A stretch of DNA of 64,000 nt from Nageia nagi (GCA_050084985.1 JBITNC010000001.1:163680001-163744000), one strand, 5' to 3'. Shown: positions 1 to 13,262, numbered from the stretch's first letter. Numbers and translations are program-made. The notes: a model not told the origin generated them from the sequence alone.

Positions 1-1695
1 ATCTGGGGTGCCCCACATGCCAACATGGGTGTCCAAGGTGCCACGCATGCCAATGTGGGAGTCCAAGGTTCCACGTGGGTCTAGGAGTCATGCATGGGTG
101 CAAGGGGGTCATCATGGGCCAACATGGGGTCTAGGAGTCTCCCCAAGGCTAGCGCATATGTACAAGTTCTCCCAAATCCAACATTGGGGCAAATAGGTGC
201 TTATCCATGTTCTAAGTGTTGAATAAGCCTTGGGATTCCCAATCATATTTGGGATCTCCAAGTATATTAAATAATAAATAAAATAACACATCCTAGCTTA
301 GAAGGAAAACGTCCCTCATGGGGCTCATAATGTGACATCCAATTTGGACCATTGACAAATTGTGTCATGGTCACTTTGTAACCTAGTGTTTGTTCATTGT
401 CATGTTGTACATGTGTAACTCAAGTAGGAGCTTATGGTCTATGGACCCCACTATAAGCCCAATAATGGGACATCACCCCTTGAGTAGTGTTGTGTTAGTT
501 TGCATTGGGTTATCCCGGATTGTGGGAACCCCTAGATAGGTATGAGTCTTGCGTAGGCCAAAGTGCATGGAGGAGCATAGCAGTGTTGGGAGGGCCCCAC
601 ATACCCCACACTGGCTTATGAGGCCACCTAGACCCCACGTCAGCCTTGAGAGGCCCATCAGACCCCAAGTCAACCTTGAGAGGCCCATCAGACCCCACAT
701 CAACCTTGAGGGCCTTTATGACCCTCACGTTGACACACTGGGCCCATGGGACCCCCATATTAGCATATTGGGCCAATATGACCCCCACGTTGGCATGGTT
801 GACCTATTGACCCCAACGTTGGAATAGACTTAGCTTGGGATGATATCGAGGCATGGTGGATAGACATAGGAGGCTATATATTGAGGATGTAGCTCCATGA
901 TGAGGTTAGCTATTGATTATACTTGTATTACACTGAACCCGATTGAGCTTGCAAGTCTTGGCAGTGCAGAGCATTCTTTTTAGGTGATGTCTAGAGGGGT
1001 GATAGGGTTGGGAGCTTGGCACTCTACAACTTAAGTGGGTCACCTAGTCCATCCGATGGTATTCCGAGGATGAGCTTCTACCTTCAGTGGTTAGCCAGGG
1101 TTCGAGGAGGCTCCTTCACAAGAGAGGATTCAGAGTCTAAGGGAGTTGATCTTTCTTGTGGTGTTCGGCTTGTACAAGGGTTTGGAACCCTAGATCTAGA
1201 TATTGAAATCCTCATTGTGTACCATTGCATATCAAAATATAATCCATCTCATTGTGTCTCTCTCCATTGTGTTGTTCATTGATGTGTATGTGTTGTGTCC
1301 TGTATACTGGTGTTGGAAGCTACATTGTGTTGTGTTCATATATGTGAGGCATTTGTTGAGGTGCCAAGTGTCACTATGTGCCCTAAAGGGCTGACGTCAT
1401 GGTGTAGAGGTTGCGTGGAGGCCTTGGGAGGCTCACGTCTGCATTGTGGGGTATTAGGGTGCCCTAGGGGCCTAATGTAGGTGTGCTAGCTTCATTTGTC
1501 GAGGGTTTGAGTTGCATAGTTGGAGTCGTTTGTATTGAGAGTGATTTTAGATCATCACACATAAGTGGGTCCAATGGACCTTTATAATTCTATCCCAAGG
1601 AATTAACTACAATTATGTAAGGAAGTAAATATTTACAAAAAGGGAATCCTTAGGATTACAAAATTAATTAATTTTTACAAAAAGGGGATGTTACA
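1..1695 (-). mobile_element. Gypsy-type LTR fragment (5' end at 1695, runs off the window edge), interrupted by the solo LTR at 331-1559
   Basis: Ends ...AAAGGGGATGTTACA at 1695, which is TGTAACATCCCC on the minus strand. Positions 1-330 and 1565-1695 resemble the reverse complement of the LTR at 55990 and the minus-strand LTR ending at 55210. Confidence 0.75.
331..1559 (+). mobile_element. Solo LTR of the family bounding the 4965-10200 element
   Basis: Termini TGTGAC...CATCACA. Perfect 5-bp TSD CATAA at 326-330 and 1560-1564. Colinear with the LTRs starting at 4965, 9159 and 36868. Confidence 0.93.
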
Positions 1696-1699
1696 ATAT

Positions 1700-2238
1700 G
1701 AGTGGTGGGATAGAGGTAGTAACTGTTAACGCACATTTTTTTATAAGGATTGAGGTGTTTATCATGCAATAGTTCAAAAGTTGTTATGGATTTTAAAGAA
1801 AGTGTAAAATAAAGAAAAGAAAAAGAGGATGAGAATGAATCAATACTGGTGAGATGACAAAGGGTCACAGTGAAGCACTGTCTAAGGTTTCTTACTTTTT
1901 GATCAATCAAGAAGTCTCATTCGAAGTCTTCCAACCTAAAAATAAAATGACCTAAGTCCAATTTATCCTTAAGAGGAGCAGGGAACAAAGCTACTAGCGA
2001 CACACTAAGTGCAATTGATAAGCAATCAAAAGAAAACATGACATAACAAGTGCACACAAACTTCGTTTTGAATAAAAAAATTATAATTTGATGTTATAAA
2101 ATAAAAGAAAATCTCGAAATACAATCACTTACTACGCAAACTATATATTGGAAACGATCCAGGAATGATTCAAGAACTTTTAAAAAATTTCAAAAAGTTT
2201 CCCTAAAATTCAAAAATTTTCAAACAAAAGCGTGAAAG
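1700..2238 (-). mobile_element. Fragment of the large-LTR family, similar to ~2910-3400
   Basis: GTGG..AGAGGTA.TAACTGTTAAC.CACATTTTT...AAAGAAAGTGTAAAA occurs at both ~1702 and ~2912. Confidence 0.6.
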
Positions 2239-4099
2239 TGTAATGTCCCCATTTTTTAGGTATTTTTCCCATTTCAACTTTGATAAATAGAAAACATTAA
2301 TTTAGAGGTGATTTTGTCTATTATTGTAGAATTTGGCCAAAATGTTGTAAATTCCACTTAGAAACTTAATAAAACTCTAATTATGGAATAAATGGCCTTT
2401 TTATTTATTTATTTATTTATATTTAATTTAAGTACTAAAATGCTAATAATGTTGTATTTGTAATACCAAGGCAATTATAATTGTAAATGCAATATTAGTC
2501 TCATTAAAAAAGACATTGCATATTTTGGTCTTGATAATTGTAATTTTGCTATTTGGAGGTCCAAGGAGGGATGTGGGCACTACAAAAGAGGAATCCTACA
2601 GCCTGAGGCATTGGTAGACTCCCATACTTGGACATTGGGCATCTAAAGCTCATATCATTTCTACGATGGAGAATTGGGCATCCCAAGGCCCCACATCACC
2701 CCTCTTGGGTATTAGACCTGTTGGGAAGGAAACCTTTCCTCTTACTCGGCAATCGCCCATACGATCAAGACGGGAAAGCGACTCAGCATGTAGGTGCGAA
2801 CACGTTACTGAACTCCTCTTGTAAGGACTGATACCCCAAGGTTTCTATCGTAAAGCTCGTGTCATTAATACGGGCTTTAAATTTGTAGGTCTTGTTTGGG
2901 AATCAGCTAAGTGGTGTAGAAGAGGTAATAACTGTTAACTCACATTTTTTGTAGGGACTGGGATGTGTTATCTTACAATAGTTCGAAAGTTGCCATAAGT
3001 TTAAAGAAAGTGTAAAAAAAAGAAAAGAAAAAGTGAGAATGAAGTCGAATATTGGCTAGACTTCAAAGAGGTAGTCACAATGCAACATTGTCTAAACATT
3101 CTCTCTCGAATCAGGCAAGAAATCTTGTTCAATTCAATCAAGTCGGAATTGATTGTCAGTACTCTATGAACAAGACCAATGCAACCAAGTGGACTAAGCG
3201 TGAGTGAAGGTGGATAGTTTTAAACAAGAGGTCTAGGAAGATATCTTAAGAGAAAGTCAATTCAAAATACTAAACATTTAACAAGTGATGAATTAGCAAC
3301 AATTCAAGACAATTCAAACATTTTTGACAAGTTTATAACAAATTCTCCTAAAACTCGAGAGTTTTCAAAGAGAAGTCATGAAAAATGTTTCAAATACAGA
3401 AAATGTTCTAGAAAGATCAATCCACCACTCCCATAGATGAAAACACACTTTGAATCAACTTGAAGCCATTTGTATTATGTTTGCAAAAGAGTTTTGCATA
3501 AGTATATCAATTTGCTCCTCAATTACAAAAATTTTCGATTTTGAAGAAAATTGGAAATGTCTTGGACTACAACATTCTCCCTCAAAATGTGACCCCTATG
3601 GTCTATTTATAGACTTTTTAGGTCAAATTTGAGAGTGTTGCCCTGATTCCTAAAAAAGCTTTAAAATGCTAATTTGAATGCTAAATTGAAATTACAATAT
3701 CGTTTTAGTGGGAGGACAATCTCATCCTACTAAAATATGCTAAAAATAAAATATTTACAGAAATTGATGTCCTCTAGCACGCATTTCGAGGAGTTTGCAT
3801 CAATTTGGCAAACTTTGGAGCTTTGAATCATCGTTTTGGATCCTTTGAACAGCCTTTTGAGCTCCTTTCGTTGAATCTAGATTTACCCTTGATGTGATCA
3901 TTATGGCAAATTTTCAAGGGATTTTGAGAGAATTTTTCGAAAAAGAAAAAGATGGTCGATCCGAAATTTGGAAATTTTTCAAAAAGTGGATTTGAGCTTA
4001 TGGATAGATGGAGGATGGGATTATAAGGTCTTTGGCAAGTTTGAGAGGTTTGTGAGCTTTGTAGGAGGTTTTATGAAGGATTTGAGATTTTGTCAATAT

Positions 4100-4960
4100 T
4101 TTCCATTTTCATGTCTGGATTTTGTTTGGTAGAAAAAAGTGAAATTTTCATAGGAATGAAAAATGCCTCCTAGATTTTTGATCCCTTCAACTTGCTCAAA
4201 TTCAAAAAATTCAAAGTTTAAAGTTGCTTAGAATTCCATTTTCCATGCAATGAAGGCAAAATTTTCGATTTTTGAGCAAAATTTGATGTCCTCAAGTTAG
4301 GAGCTAGTTTTCACTTGTATAGATTTGAAAAATTGGAAAAATTGCGCCTAGCTTTTTGGTGCCTTATATGTGCTCAAAATTGAAAATTTGTAGGTTTAAA
4401 TATTCTCAAAATGGCATTTTCTATTCAAATATGTTAAAAAACTTGATTTTTGAGCAAAATCTTCACATTCCTCCATGTTAGGCGCCAATTTTCAAGTCTA
4501 TGGATTCCCAATGGCATGAAAATCTGCCTTCCTTTTTGAGGGGTTTCCATGGCTAAAAAATCAAGAATCTCAAGGGTTAAATGTGCTAGAAATGCCTTTT
4601 TCTATGCAATGAAGGGGTCCAACTTGATTTTTTATAACAAATTTGTCAATTCTTGGCAACTTAGGTGCTAGATTTCAGCCCTATGGATCTTCAAACAGGC
4701 CAAACCTGCGCCTAGGAATTTGAGCCTCCAAACTTGGTCAACAATGAAAATTTGCAAGTTTAAACCTTCTCAGAATGACCTCCTTTATGCACTTATGTCC
4801 CCAAACACTTTTGATCAAAATTTGTGAAATTTTTTCATCCTAGATGCCATTTTTCATTTTTTTGGATTTCCATAGCATTGAAAACCTGCACCTACCCTTT
4901 AGGATGCTTAAAAGTGCTCAAAATTAATTTTTCCAAGACCTAAATGTGTTCAATATGTCA
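4100..4960. repeat. Degenerate ~180-bp tandem array inside the large LTR; continues at ~10330-10750
   Basis: A TGCGCCTAG-like motif recurs at ~4164, 4343, 4525, 4707 and 4887, then at 10437 and 10621. Confidence 0.7.
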
Positions 4961-6174
4961 AATTTGTGACGTCCCATTTGGACCATTGACAAAATGTGTC
5001 ATGGTCACTTTGTAATCTAGTGTTTGTTTATGATCATGTTGTACATGTGTAACTCAAGCAGGAGCTTATGGTCTACGGACCCAACTGTGACCCTAGTAAT
5101 GGGATGTCTCCCCTTGAGTAGTGTTGTGTTATCGTGTAATGGGTTATCCCGAATTGTGGGAATCCCTAGATAGGCATGAGTCTTGTATAGTCCAGAGGTG
5201 CATAGAGGAGCATACCAATGTTGGGAGGGCCCCACATACCCCACGTTGGCTTATGAGGCCACTTACACCCCCACGTCAACTCAAGGAGGCTCAATAGAAC
5301 CCACATCAACCTTTATGACCCCCACATTGGCACACTGGGCCCATGGGACCCCCACGTTAGCATGTTGGGCCAATATGACCCCTACATTGGCATGGTTGAC
5401 TTCTTGACCCAAACGTTGTAATAGACTTGGCTTGGGATGATAAAGAGGCATGATGGATAGACACGTGAGGCTATATATTGAGGATGGAGCTCCATGATGA
5501 GGTTAGCTATTGATTATACTTCTTCTATACAGAACCCGATCGAGCATACAAGTCTTGGCGATGCAGAGCATTATTCCTAAACGGCGTCTAGAGGGGTGAC
5601 AAGGTTGGGAGCCTAGCACTCTACGACTTAGGTCGGTCAGCTAGTCCATCCGGTGGTATTTCGAGGGCGAGCTTCTACCTTTAGTGGTCGCCAGGGTTCG
5701 AGGAGGCTCCTTCGCAGGAGAAGATTCAAAGTCTGAGGGAGTGAGTCTTTCCTGTGGTGTTCGGCTTGCAAAGGGTTTGCAACCCTAGATATGGATATTG
5801 AGATCCTCATTGTATTCCATTCACTATCATAATAAAATAAATCTTGTCCCTCTCTCCATTGTGTTGTTCATTGTGTGTTCATGTGTTGTGTCTCTTATAT
5901 ACTGGTGTTGGAAGCTTCATTGCATTAGTAGGTGTTCAAGCATTGTGTATGCATCTATGAGACATTCGTTGAGGTGCCAAGTGTTGGTGTGTGCCCTAGA
6001 GGGCTGACGTCAATGTGTAGGGGTTGCGTGGAAGCCTTAGGAGGCTCACATCTGCACTGTAGGAGGTTTGGGTGACCTAGGGGCCCAACGTGGATGTAAC
6101 TGCATCATTGGTTGAGGGTTTGAGCATCATAGTTGTAGTCGTTTTTACTGATGGTGATTTTAGGTCATCACCAG

Positions 6175-6186
6175 TGGTATCAGAGC
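6175..6186 (+). promoter_or_regulatory. Primer binding site (initiator tRNA-Met)
   Basis: TGGTATCAGAGC immediately after the 5' LTR. Confidence 0.92.
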
Positions 6187-6258
6187 TTTTGGATCTTGCC
6201 ATCCTATTGTATGAAACCCAAGATCCATCGTTATTACACCAAATCTAGTAAGAGAGAG

Positions 6259-8433
6259 ATGTCGTCTGCTAGGAGAGGCGGGAGATCTGTAGATGGCCAA
6301 CAGGAGTAAGAGGCTAGACACTGGGTTGAAGATGAGGCCGAAATCCCAGGGCTAGGGTTTGGGGAAGCAGCGCAAGAAGAACCTTCAGTTTAGAGGAGAA
6401 GGGATAGGGATGGCACACCTGAACGGGAGTTTAGGGCTTTGATCTCAACCTTGCATAGCATGACGGAACCATGCGATCATTGGAGCAAAGAATGGATTTG
6501 TATTGGGGTGAGTTAGAGGAAGGAGATAGGCAAAGAAGACAGGGAACCGAAGAGCCGAGAGCAAGGCGCCATGTCCAAAGTGATCAGGAACCTTTTCGGC
6601 ATGATTTAGATAGAAGAGGGTATGGACAAAGCATTAGGGATGAGGGAGTTGGTCCATGAGAGGAGGACAGTGAGGATCGGGATCCATGCCACACTCAAAG
6701 AGGCTACAAAGCCCAACAAGTTGATAGGAGAGGCCAAGAAGGCCCACGTCAGCTTGGTGAAGGTTTGGAGGCATTACGGCAGGAGAATGAGGGTTTCAAG
6801 ACCCCACATCACACCAAGGAAGCAACCCCACCCCCATGTCAAGATGAGAATGATTCGGAGGATCTTCGGAGGGTGATCAGACGGATGAGGAGCATTCATT
6901 GAGGGTCTAGGGAACAATTTGTGCCACAATTCCGAAGATCCCAATCACACCAGATGCCATAGCAGGAGAGCCCCCTTCTCAAATGCTACCTGGAGACCAA
7001 CATTGGAGGAAGGGATGATCAGCCTATCATTCCTAGGCCAAATAAACCCATGTTCGCATTGAAAGAAGGAGAAGACTCTAGAGCAAGAGTACCTAGTTCG
7101 TTGGAACTGAACAAGCATCACAGAGACTACAACATGTTGCATCCAGATGTGAGGTGAGACATCAATTTCAGCAATTATTTGGAGCTGTTGGGGTTGAAGG
7201 GGGGCTCACATGGCCAACATCAGTCAGGAGGGTAGCGGGATGGAAAGAGAGATTTGCAACACAAGAATAGCAAGATGCAAGTACCCACGTTTGATGGTAA
7301 GAGGATGACGACAAGGGCTTGAGTGCACCAATTGCAAACATACATTGTTTTGAACCTAGCATGATGGAGGAGGAAGCCATCAATTTTACATCTTTGCATC
7401 TAGAGGGGAGATGCGTTGGAGTGGTGGTGTCATGGCATAGTGAGTCAAGGCTATGCCCACATTACCACGTTTGGGGAGTTCACTAGGCGATTAGTGAAGA
7501 GGTTCGATTGGAAGAAGGAGAATGATTACTTCTGAGATCTGAATTCTTTGAGGTAGAGAGAGACGGTGGATGAGTTCGTGACGAAGATTCAGAAGCTGGC
7601 AGTGGTGGTTCACCGCATTCCTGAGAAGAGGCTAATGTTCCTGTTCATTGAGAGGTTGGCCGAACCGTTGAGAGGGATGGTAAAGGTTTCATATCCCAAG
7701 ACCTTGGACGATGCCATTCGAGCTACGTATGACTTGGAGCCTACCGTGAAATCCCTTAGGGGAGGACCGGCCAACAACGTACCACCCAGTCGAAGGATGT
7801 GGGAAGGGCCTAGCAAGGCCAAAGCACCCCCATGCCTAGATCGGATCAATTGGATGTTGCCGCTAGAAAGAAGCTGAGACAGGAGGGCAAGTGCTTCTAT
7901 TGCAAGAAGAAGTGGGAGCCGGGACACTGTTGCATAGGTAAAGGACAAGTACACTACATCGAGGTGCTTCTTGAGGATAGCTCAGAGGAGTCAAAGTTGG
8001 ACTAGAATGAGGAGGTGGAGGACTCACGATTGCTTCACTTCATGGGGTAAAGAAGTTCTTAATGCTGAAGCTGATTGGTCAAGCTTGCGGTCAAGATGTC
8101 ATGGTGATGATAGATTCGGGGGCATCACACAATTTCACAGGGAGGAAGGACTTGAAGACCAAGGGTTTTAAGGGCTTCCGAGTTTCGAACACTAATGGAA
8201 ACCTGACATTGGTGGATCGGATTGCGGAGAGATTGGGGATCAAGCTACAAGGTTGTGTGGTAAGGGAGAACTTCTACCTGTATCCACTCATGGGGCACCC
8301 ACATGTCATTTTAGGGGTGCAATGGCTGTTCAAGTTGGGTGACATTCACACCAACTACCAAAACCTTACTATGAGGTTTGAGATGGATGGGGCGGAGTAC
8401 ACACTACAAGGGCTACAAGAGGAGGACACGTAG
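6259..8433 (+). pseudogene. Disrupted Gypsy gag-aspartic protease
   Basis: Gag motifs QVPTFDG and LHLEG..ALEWW (frameshifted), ORF DEFVTKIQKLAVVV...PKTLDDAIR, zinc knuckle CFYCKKKWEPGHCC, protease VMIDSGASHNF...VILGVQWL. Contains stops and frameshifts. Confidence 0.88.
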
Positions 8434-8469
8434 AGGACCAACAACCGGCTAGAGTGAGTGGAGTCCGGA

Positions 8470-8790
8470 TTAGGAGGACCTCGTTGAGCTTGGACAAGGC
8501 TAGGATAGCCACGTCTGGTGGCCAGGAAGGTTGGAGTACCACGTTGATCTTAGACAAAGCTAGGACAACCACATTTGGTAGCCATGGAGGTTGGAGCCCC
8601 ACAATGGGTAGGAGGCCAACTGGGATGGTCAAGTTGGGACCGCAAGGAGTTTGGGACCCCACGTTGGACACAGTGTCATCAAAGGTAATTCCATTGGATG
8701 CCCAAGGAGGAGGGAACCCCATGTTGGGCCTTAGGGAAGCCGAAGAGCCTATACGGAGCACTCGGAGGTTCTAGAACCCCACATTGCAAA
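8470..8790 (+). repeat. Degenerate 30-bp tandem repeat where pol would normally be
   Basis: A CCACGTTG-like core at 8479, 8509, 8539, 8569, 8599, 8629, 8659, 8719 and 8779. Confidence 0.75.
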
Positions 8791-9129
8791 TTGGGGAATC
8801 ACTCATTGATGAGTTCAACACAAATCCAAAATGGAGCCTAGGCCCAATACATTTTGTGCTGACAATCATTTTTTGCAAGACACTGTAGGTACAATTCCGT
8901 GTGGGGACACACTCAGTTCCGTGGTTGAAGAGATTCATCCATGAACATATACTGAGGAGATTGCCATGGACACTTCATGAGTTCGCAGATCACTAAACTA
9001 TTCAACGTTGGAGACTCACTACAGCCAGATGGACTCAAGATTGGGATGGTTTTTCAGAGAGACAAGGTGCAGCTGAAGACACCAAAGGATCCTTGGAAGA
9101 CAACCCTTAGCTATCTCCTACTATTGCTT

Positions 9130-9158
9130 GAGGGCAAGCAATTCGAGAGGGGAGGCTT
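9130..9158 (+). promoter_or_regulatory. Polypurine tract overlapping the pol C-terminal tail (LEGKQFERGG)
   Basis: GAGGGCAAGCAATTCGAGAGGGGAGGCTT directly before the TG of the 3' LTR. Nearly identical at 55961-55989. Confidence 0.8.
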
Positions 9159-12100
9159 TGTGACGTCCCATTGGGACCATTGACAAAATGTGTCATGGTC
9201 ACTTTGTAATCTAGTGTTTGTTTATGATCATGTTGTACATGTGTAACTCAAGCAAGAGCTTATGGTCTGCGGACCCCACTATGAGCCCAGTAATGGGATG
9301 TCTCCCCTTGAGTAGTGTTGTGTTATCGTGTAATGGGTTATCCTCGATTGTGGGAATCCCTAGATAGACATGAGTCTAGTATAGTCCAGAGGTGCATAGA
9401 GGAGCATACCAATGTTAGAAGGGCCCCACATACGCCACGTTGGCTTATGAGGCCACTTAGACCCCCACGTCAACTCAAGGAGGCTCATTAGACCCCACGT
9501 CATCCTTTATGACCCCCACGTTGGAATAGACTTGGCTTGGGATGATAACGAGGAATGATGGATAGACACGTGAGGCTATATATTGAGGATAGAGCTCCAT
9601 GATGAGGTTAGCTATTGATTATACTTCTTCTATATAGAACCCGATCAGGCATACAAGTCTTGGCGATGCCGAGCATTATTCCTAGACGACGTCTAGAGAG
9701 GTGAGGGTTGGGAGCCTAGCACTCTACAACTTAGGTGGGTCACCTAGTCCATCCGGTGGTATTTCGAGGGCGAGCTTCTACCTTCAGTTGTCACCAAGGT
9801 TTGAGGAGGCTCCTTCGTAGGAGAAGATTCAAATTCTGAGGGAGTGAGTCTTTCCTATGGTGTTCGGCTTGCAAAGGGTTTGCAAACCTAGATATGGATA
9901 TTGAGATCCTCATTGTATTCCATCCACTGTCATAATAAAATAAATCTTGTCCCTCTCTCCATTGTGTTTTTCATTGTGTGTTCATGTGTTGTGTCTCTTA
10001 TATACTGGTGTTGGAAGCTTCATTGCATTAGTAGGTGTTCAGGCATTGTGTATGTATCTATGAGACATTTGTTGAGGTGCCAAGTGTTGGTGTGTGCCCT
10101 AGAGGGCTGACGTCAATGTGTAGGGGTTGCGTGGAAGCCTTAGGAGGCTCACGTCTACACTGTAGGAGGTTTGGGTGCCCTAGGGGCCCAACATGAGTGT
10201 AAAAATGAATTAGAAACAATGAACATGAAAAAATCTAAAAATCCTAGGGATTTTCTACTAGTCTCTCCCTAAAAAAGACCCTCCACCACTCCCGACTCAC
10301 TGTGAAACCTTGGTGCTTAAAACACCTTTTTCCATCAATCTATGCCTTTGGTTTGGTCTTTTGATCAAAATCCATTTTTCTCCTTCAAGTTAGGTGCCAA
10401 AATGCAAGTCTATGGATTTCCAATCACTTGGAAACTTGCGCCTAGGATTTTAGGGTACTTCCATTGGTCAAAATAAAAAATTTGTAGACCTAAAGTGCCT
10501 TAGAATGGGATTTTACATGCAATCAAACCATCTCCCTTGATTTTCGAGACAAATTTCATTTTTCCCTTGGTAGCTAGGCACCAAAATACACCTCAATGGA
10601 TTTCCATTGGCTTGAAAAACTGCGCCTAGATTTGGAGGGCTCAAAACTTGGTCAAAATTGAAAATTTCAAGTCCTAATTGTGTTAGAAATAACTTTATCT
10701 CTCCAATGAAGCTCTTAGACTTGATTTTTGACACCATTTGTACTTGTCTCTTGAAAAATTTTTATATTTTGCCATTCCTTGGAGCTATGTGTCAAAACCC
10801 GGGCTCTGATATCACTAAAATCCTCAAACTGTGCTCTTGGGCACACCTTGTGCATTCTGAACCCATATCCGCTAGTTCCGAACTTGAACTTGACCAAATC
10901 CACACTTTCCGTCATTTCCAGGCTCAAACTGTGCAATTTTGATCATTTCCAAGGTCAAAACCGAGCTTAATCTCTGAAAAAAAAATCATTTTTGGCATGT
11001 CCGAGCATTCTAGGCTCAACTTTACATTTTTGACCATTTCCGAGCTTTTCGAGTCTAAATTGTGCAAAAACGCACATTCTTGCCTTACTGACCACTTCCC
11101 AGCTAAAAATTGAAAAAAATGCATATTTTTATCGTACTTGCCCTTTTCCACCTTACTAGGGTCAAAATTGACAAAAACGATTATTTTTGTCATCTTAGCC
11201 ATATTCATTGCACCCAAACTCAAACTTGACAAAAACGCTCATTTTTGTCACCTGGGCACCTTTGTCCTCAAATCTTGCAAAAATGCGTCTTTTGTCACAC
11301 TTGGAACCTGTGAACTCAAACTTTGCAAAACCGACCCCACGTGCACTAACTGCACTCTAGACCCAAAAATTCATGCTTTCATGTTGTCTCTCAGATCCTG
11401 GCACCTTAGCTCCAAAATCGGTGACAGGATACTCTGATACTCTTCAAGGTCTTCGTCGCAAGATCTCCTTGGATCGCTCCCTGATATCATGTTTGCACTC
11501 TTCAGAATGAACTATTCGTTGCCCAAAGTCAATCTCAAGGCAATGCACCTCATTCCCTTTGCAAAAATAAGGCCCCCAAAATCTTGTATTTTGGGGTATA
11601 TTGTGCAAACACAACAGGACCTACAGCACTGAGCACGAGGCGCCTCGGTATCACCCTCTCTTGGATGTTGGCATTTCTAGCCCTTAAATGTGATTTCATT
11701 CATCCCAAGGCTCCCCGTATTGGGCATTGCACATAGGAGTACACAGATCACATCTCCCCACCGTTGGATCATCTCAATGCAAGATTAGAAAATGATCAAC
11801 CTCGCCTATAAAAGGACTCGTCATTATGAGATATGCTGATTATTGATTTTAAACCCCTTTTCCGAATTGAGTGTGAGAATTCTTTCTTCGTCACTTGTAG
11901 GGCAACCTGTATTTGAGGTATCAAGGGGATAGGAAGCTACCCTTGAACTTACTCAAGTCATCTTGAAAGCAACATTGTTGGTTCCATCACGATTGCTGCA
12001 AAGAAGACCTGGTTTTGCCTCACTGATTCTCGGAGTGGTGGGGCCTTGGAGCCATCCGAAATAACCCTGTTGGAGGTAGTCTTGGCACAACTCCCTAGGT

Positions 12101-13262
12101 TGACAAAAATATTGTAATTGCGTTATTCATGCTATATCAAATACAATTACATTAATCCATCAATATCTTGTTCGTCTCTCTATGCTTGCACATTGGATTT
12201 GGAAGCATAATTACATTGTCAAATTGCTATTTTCTATTCCTAGTTGCAATTTCAACAGGGACTTTAGGTTTGTGGATCATTTTTGCATTATTCAAGTACC
12301 ATTTTGCTCCCTGATTGAGATGTTGGGATACTGGAGGTATTTGCTTGCATTGTTATCACATATGCTCATCATAGCTAGACATTGGGTTTGAAGGTGTTTT
12401 CTACAAAGCTCGATTTCATATTTTTCATTCCTAGCAAGTTGTTGGCTATTTTATGCATGTTTGAGCTTGTCTTAAGCAATTTTTGAGCAAGAAGCCAAAC
12501 GTCCCTCTCCTAGGGCACGTTCAAGGAGGGAGCCATAGAACGGCTCATCCCAGAAAGAATCTAAATCATCAAAAAAAACCCCAAAATGGTCAAATCCACA
12601 TCATTGTGGAGGCATCTTTTGTCATATTTGACATCTTGTACTTTGTAGCTTGGCGTGGAGTTAGCTATTGGCCTCTTGTTGGATGAAAACTTAACAAAGG
12701 AAGAGTTTAGTGGGACAAAAACCTCACTAGATCTGGTTAAGGACGAAAACCCTTGCGTTTTCTAGGCAAGTGGGAAGAGCCCTTTGGTGCAGCATCCATT
12801 GGTCTGAGGGAGTGTTGCTTCAGTTCTTCATTGCAAATCTGGGTGTCGAGACCCTAGCAGTGTGACATCAGCCTTGTTGGTGTGTTGGAACATTGCATGA
12901 GCTTTAGATCTAGTCCCTTGAGCCAGACGTTTAACCTTTGGGCCATATTTGCATTTTGTTGCGACTAAAACACAACATGCCCCAAAATCCTACGATTTTG
13001 GGGACCCTCGACATGTCATGTATATACTTCGTTTTGTCATCATCTTGTCCCACCCAAGATATGACGCAAAGACTAGGATTCATGGACAATTCCTCTTTGG
13101 TTCAGGCCTCATTCTTCGCCTAGGGTTAGTCATACCAAGTTAGAAATTTTGAAATTCCCAAAAAATGACTAAGTCTGGAAAGTGTAAAGTCGACCTTAGG
13201 TGAACCAGGGAGTCCGAGAAGAGTCGAAGCCCGACCAACTCAAATTGGGTGTCTCCAAGGGC

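Larger units (their letters stand above)
4965..10200 (+). mobile_element. Non-autonomous Ty3/Gypsy element with gag and protease only (TR-GAG-like); 3' LTR truncated
   Basis: 5' LTR 4965-~6172, PBS TGGTATCAGAGC, gag/PR remnants, no RT/RNaseH/INT, PPT, then 3' LTR 9159-~10200 that lacks its last ~70 bp. Confidence 0.9.
2719..11616 (-). mobile_element. Large solo-LTR-like unit (TGTTG...CAACA) carrying the nested Gypsy element at 4965-10200
   Basis: TGTTGG at 2719 and ACAACA at 11616. Near-perfect TSD AGACC (2714-2718) / GGACC (11617-11621). Minus-strand TATAAATAG at ~3603-3611. Its 5' terminus (minus strand) matches the terminus at 43153. Confidence 0.75.
2239..12480 (+). mobile_element. LTR (2239-2718 plus ~11622-12480) interrupted by the 2719-11616 insertion; 3' end uncertain
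   Basis: Starts TGTAATGTCCCC. Shares CCAAGGCAATT..TAATTGTAAATG.AATATTAGTCTC with the LTR at 21648. TATAAAA at ~11808. No matching TSD found. Confidence 0.5.
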
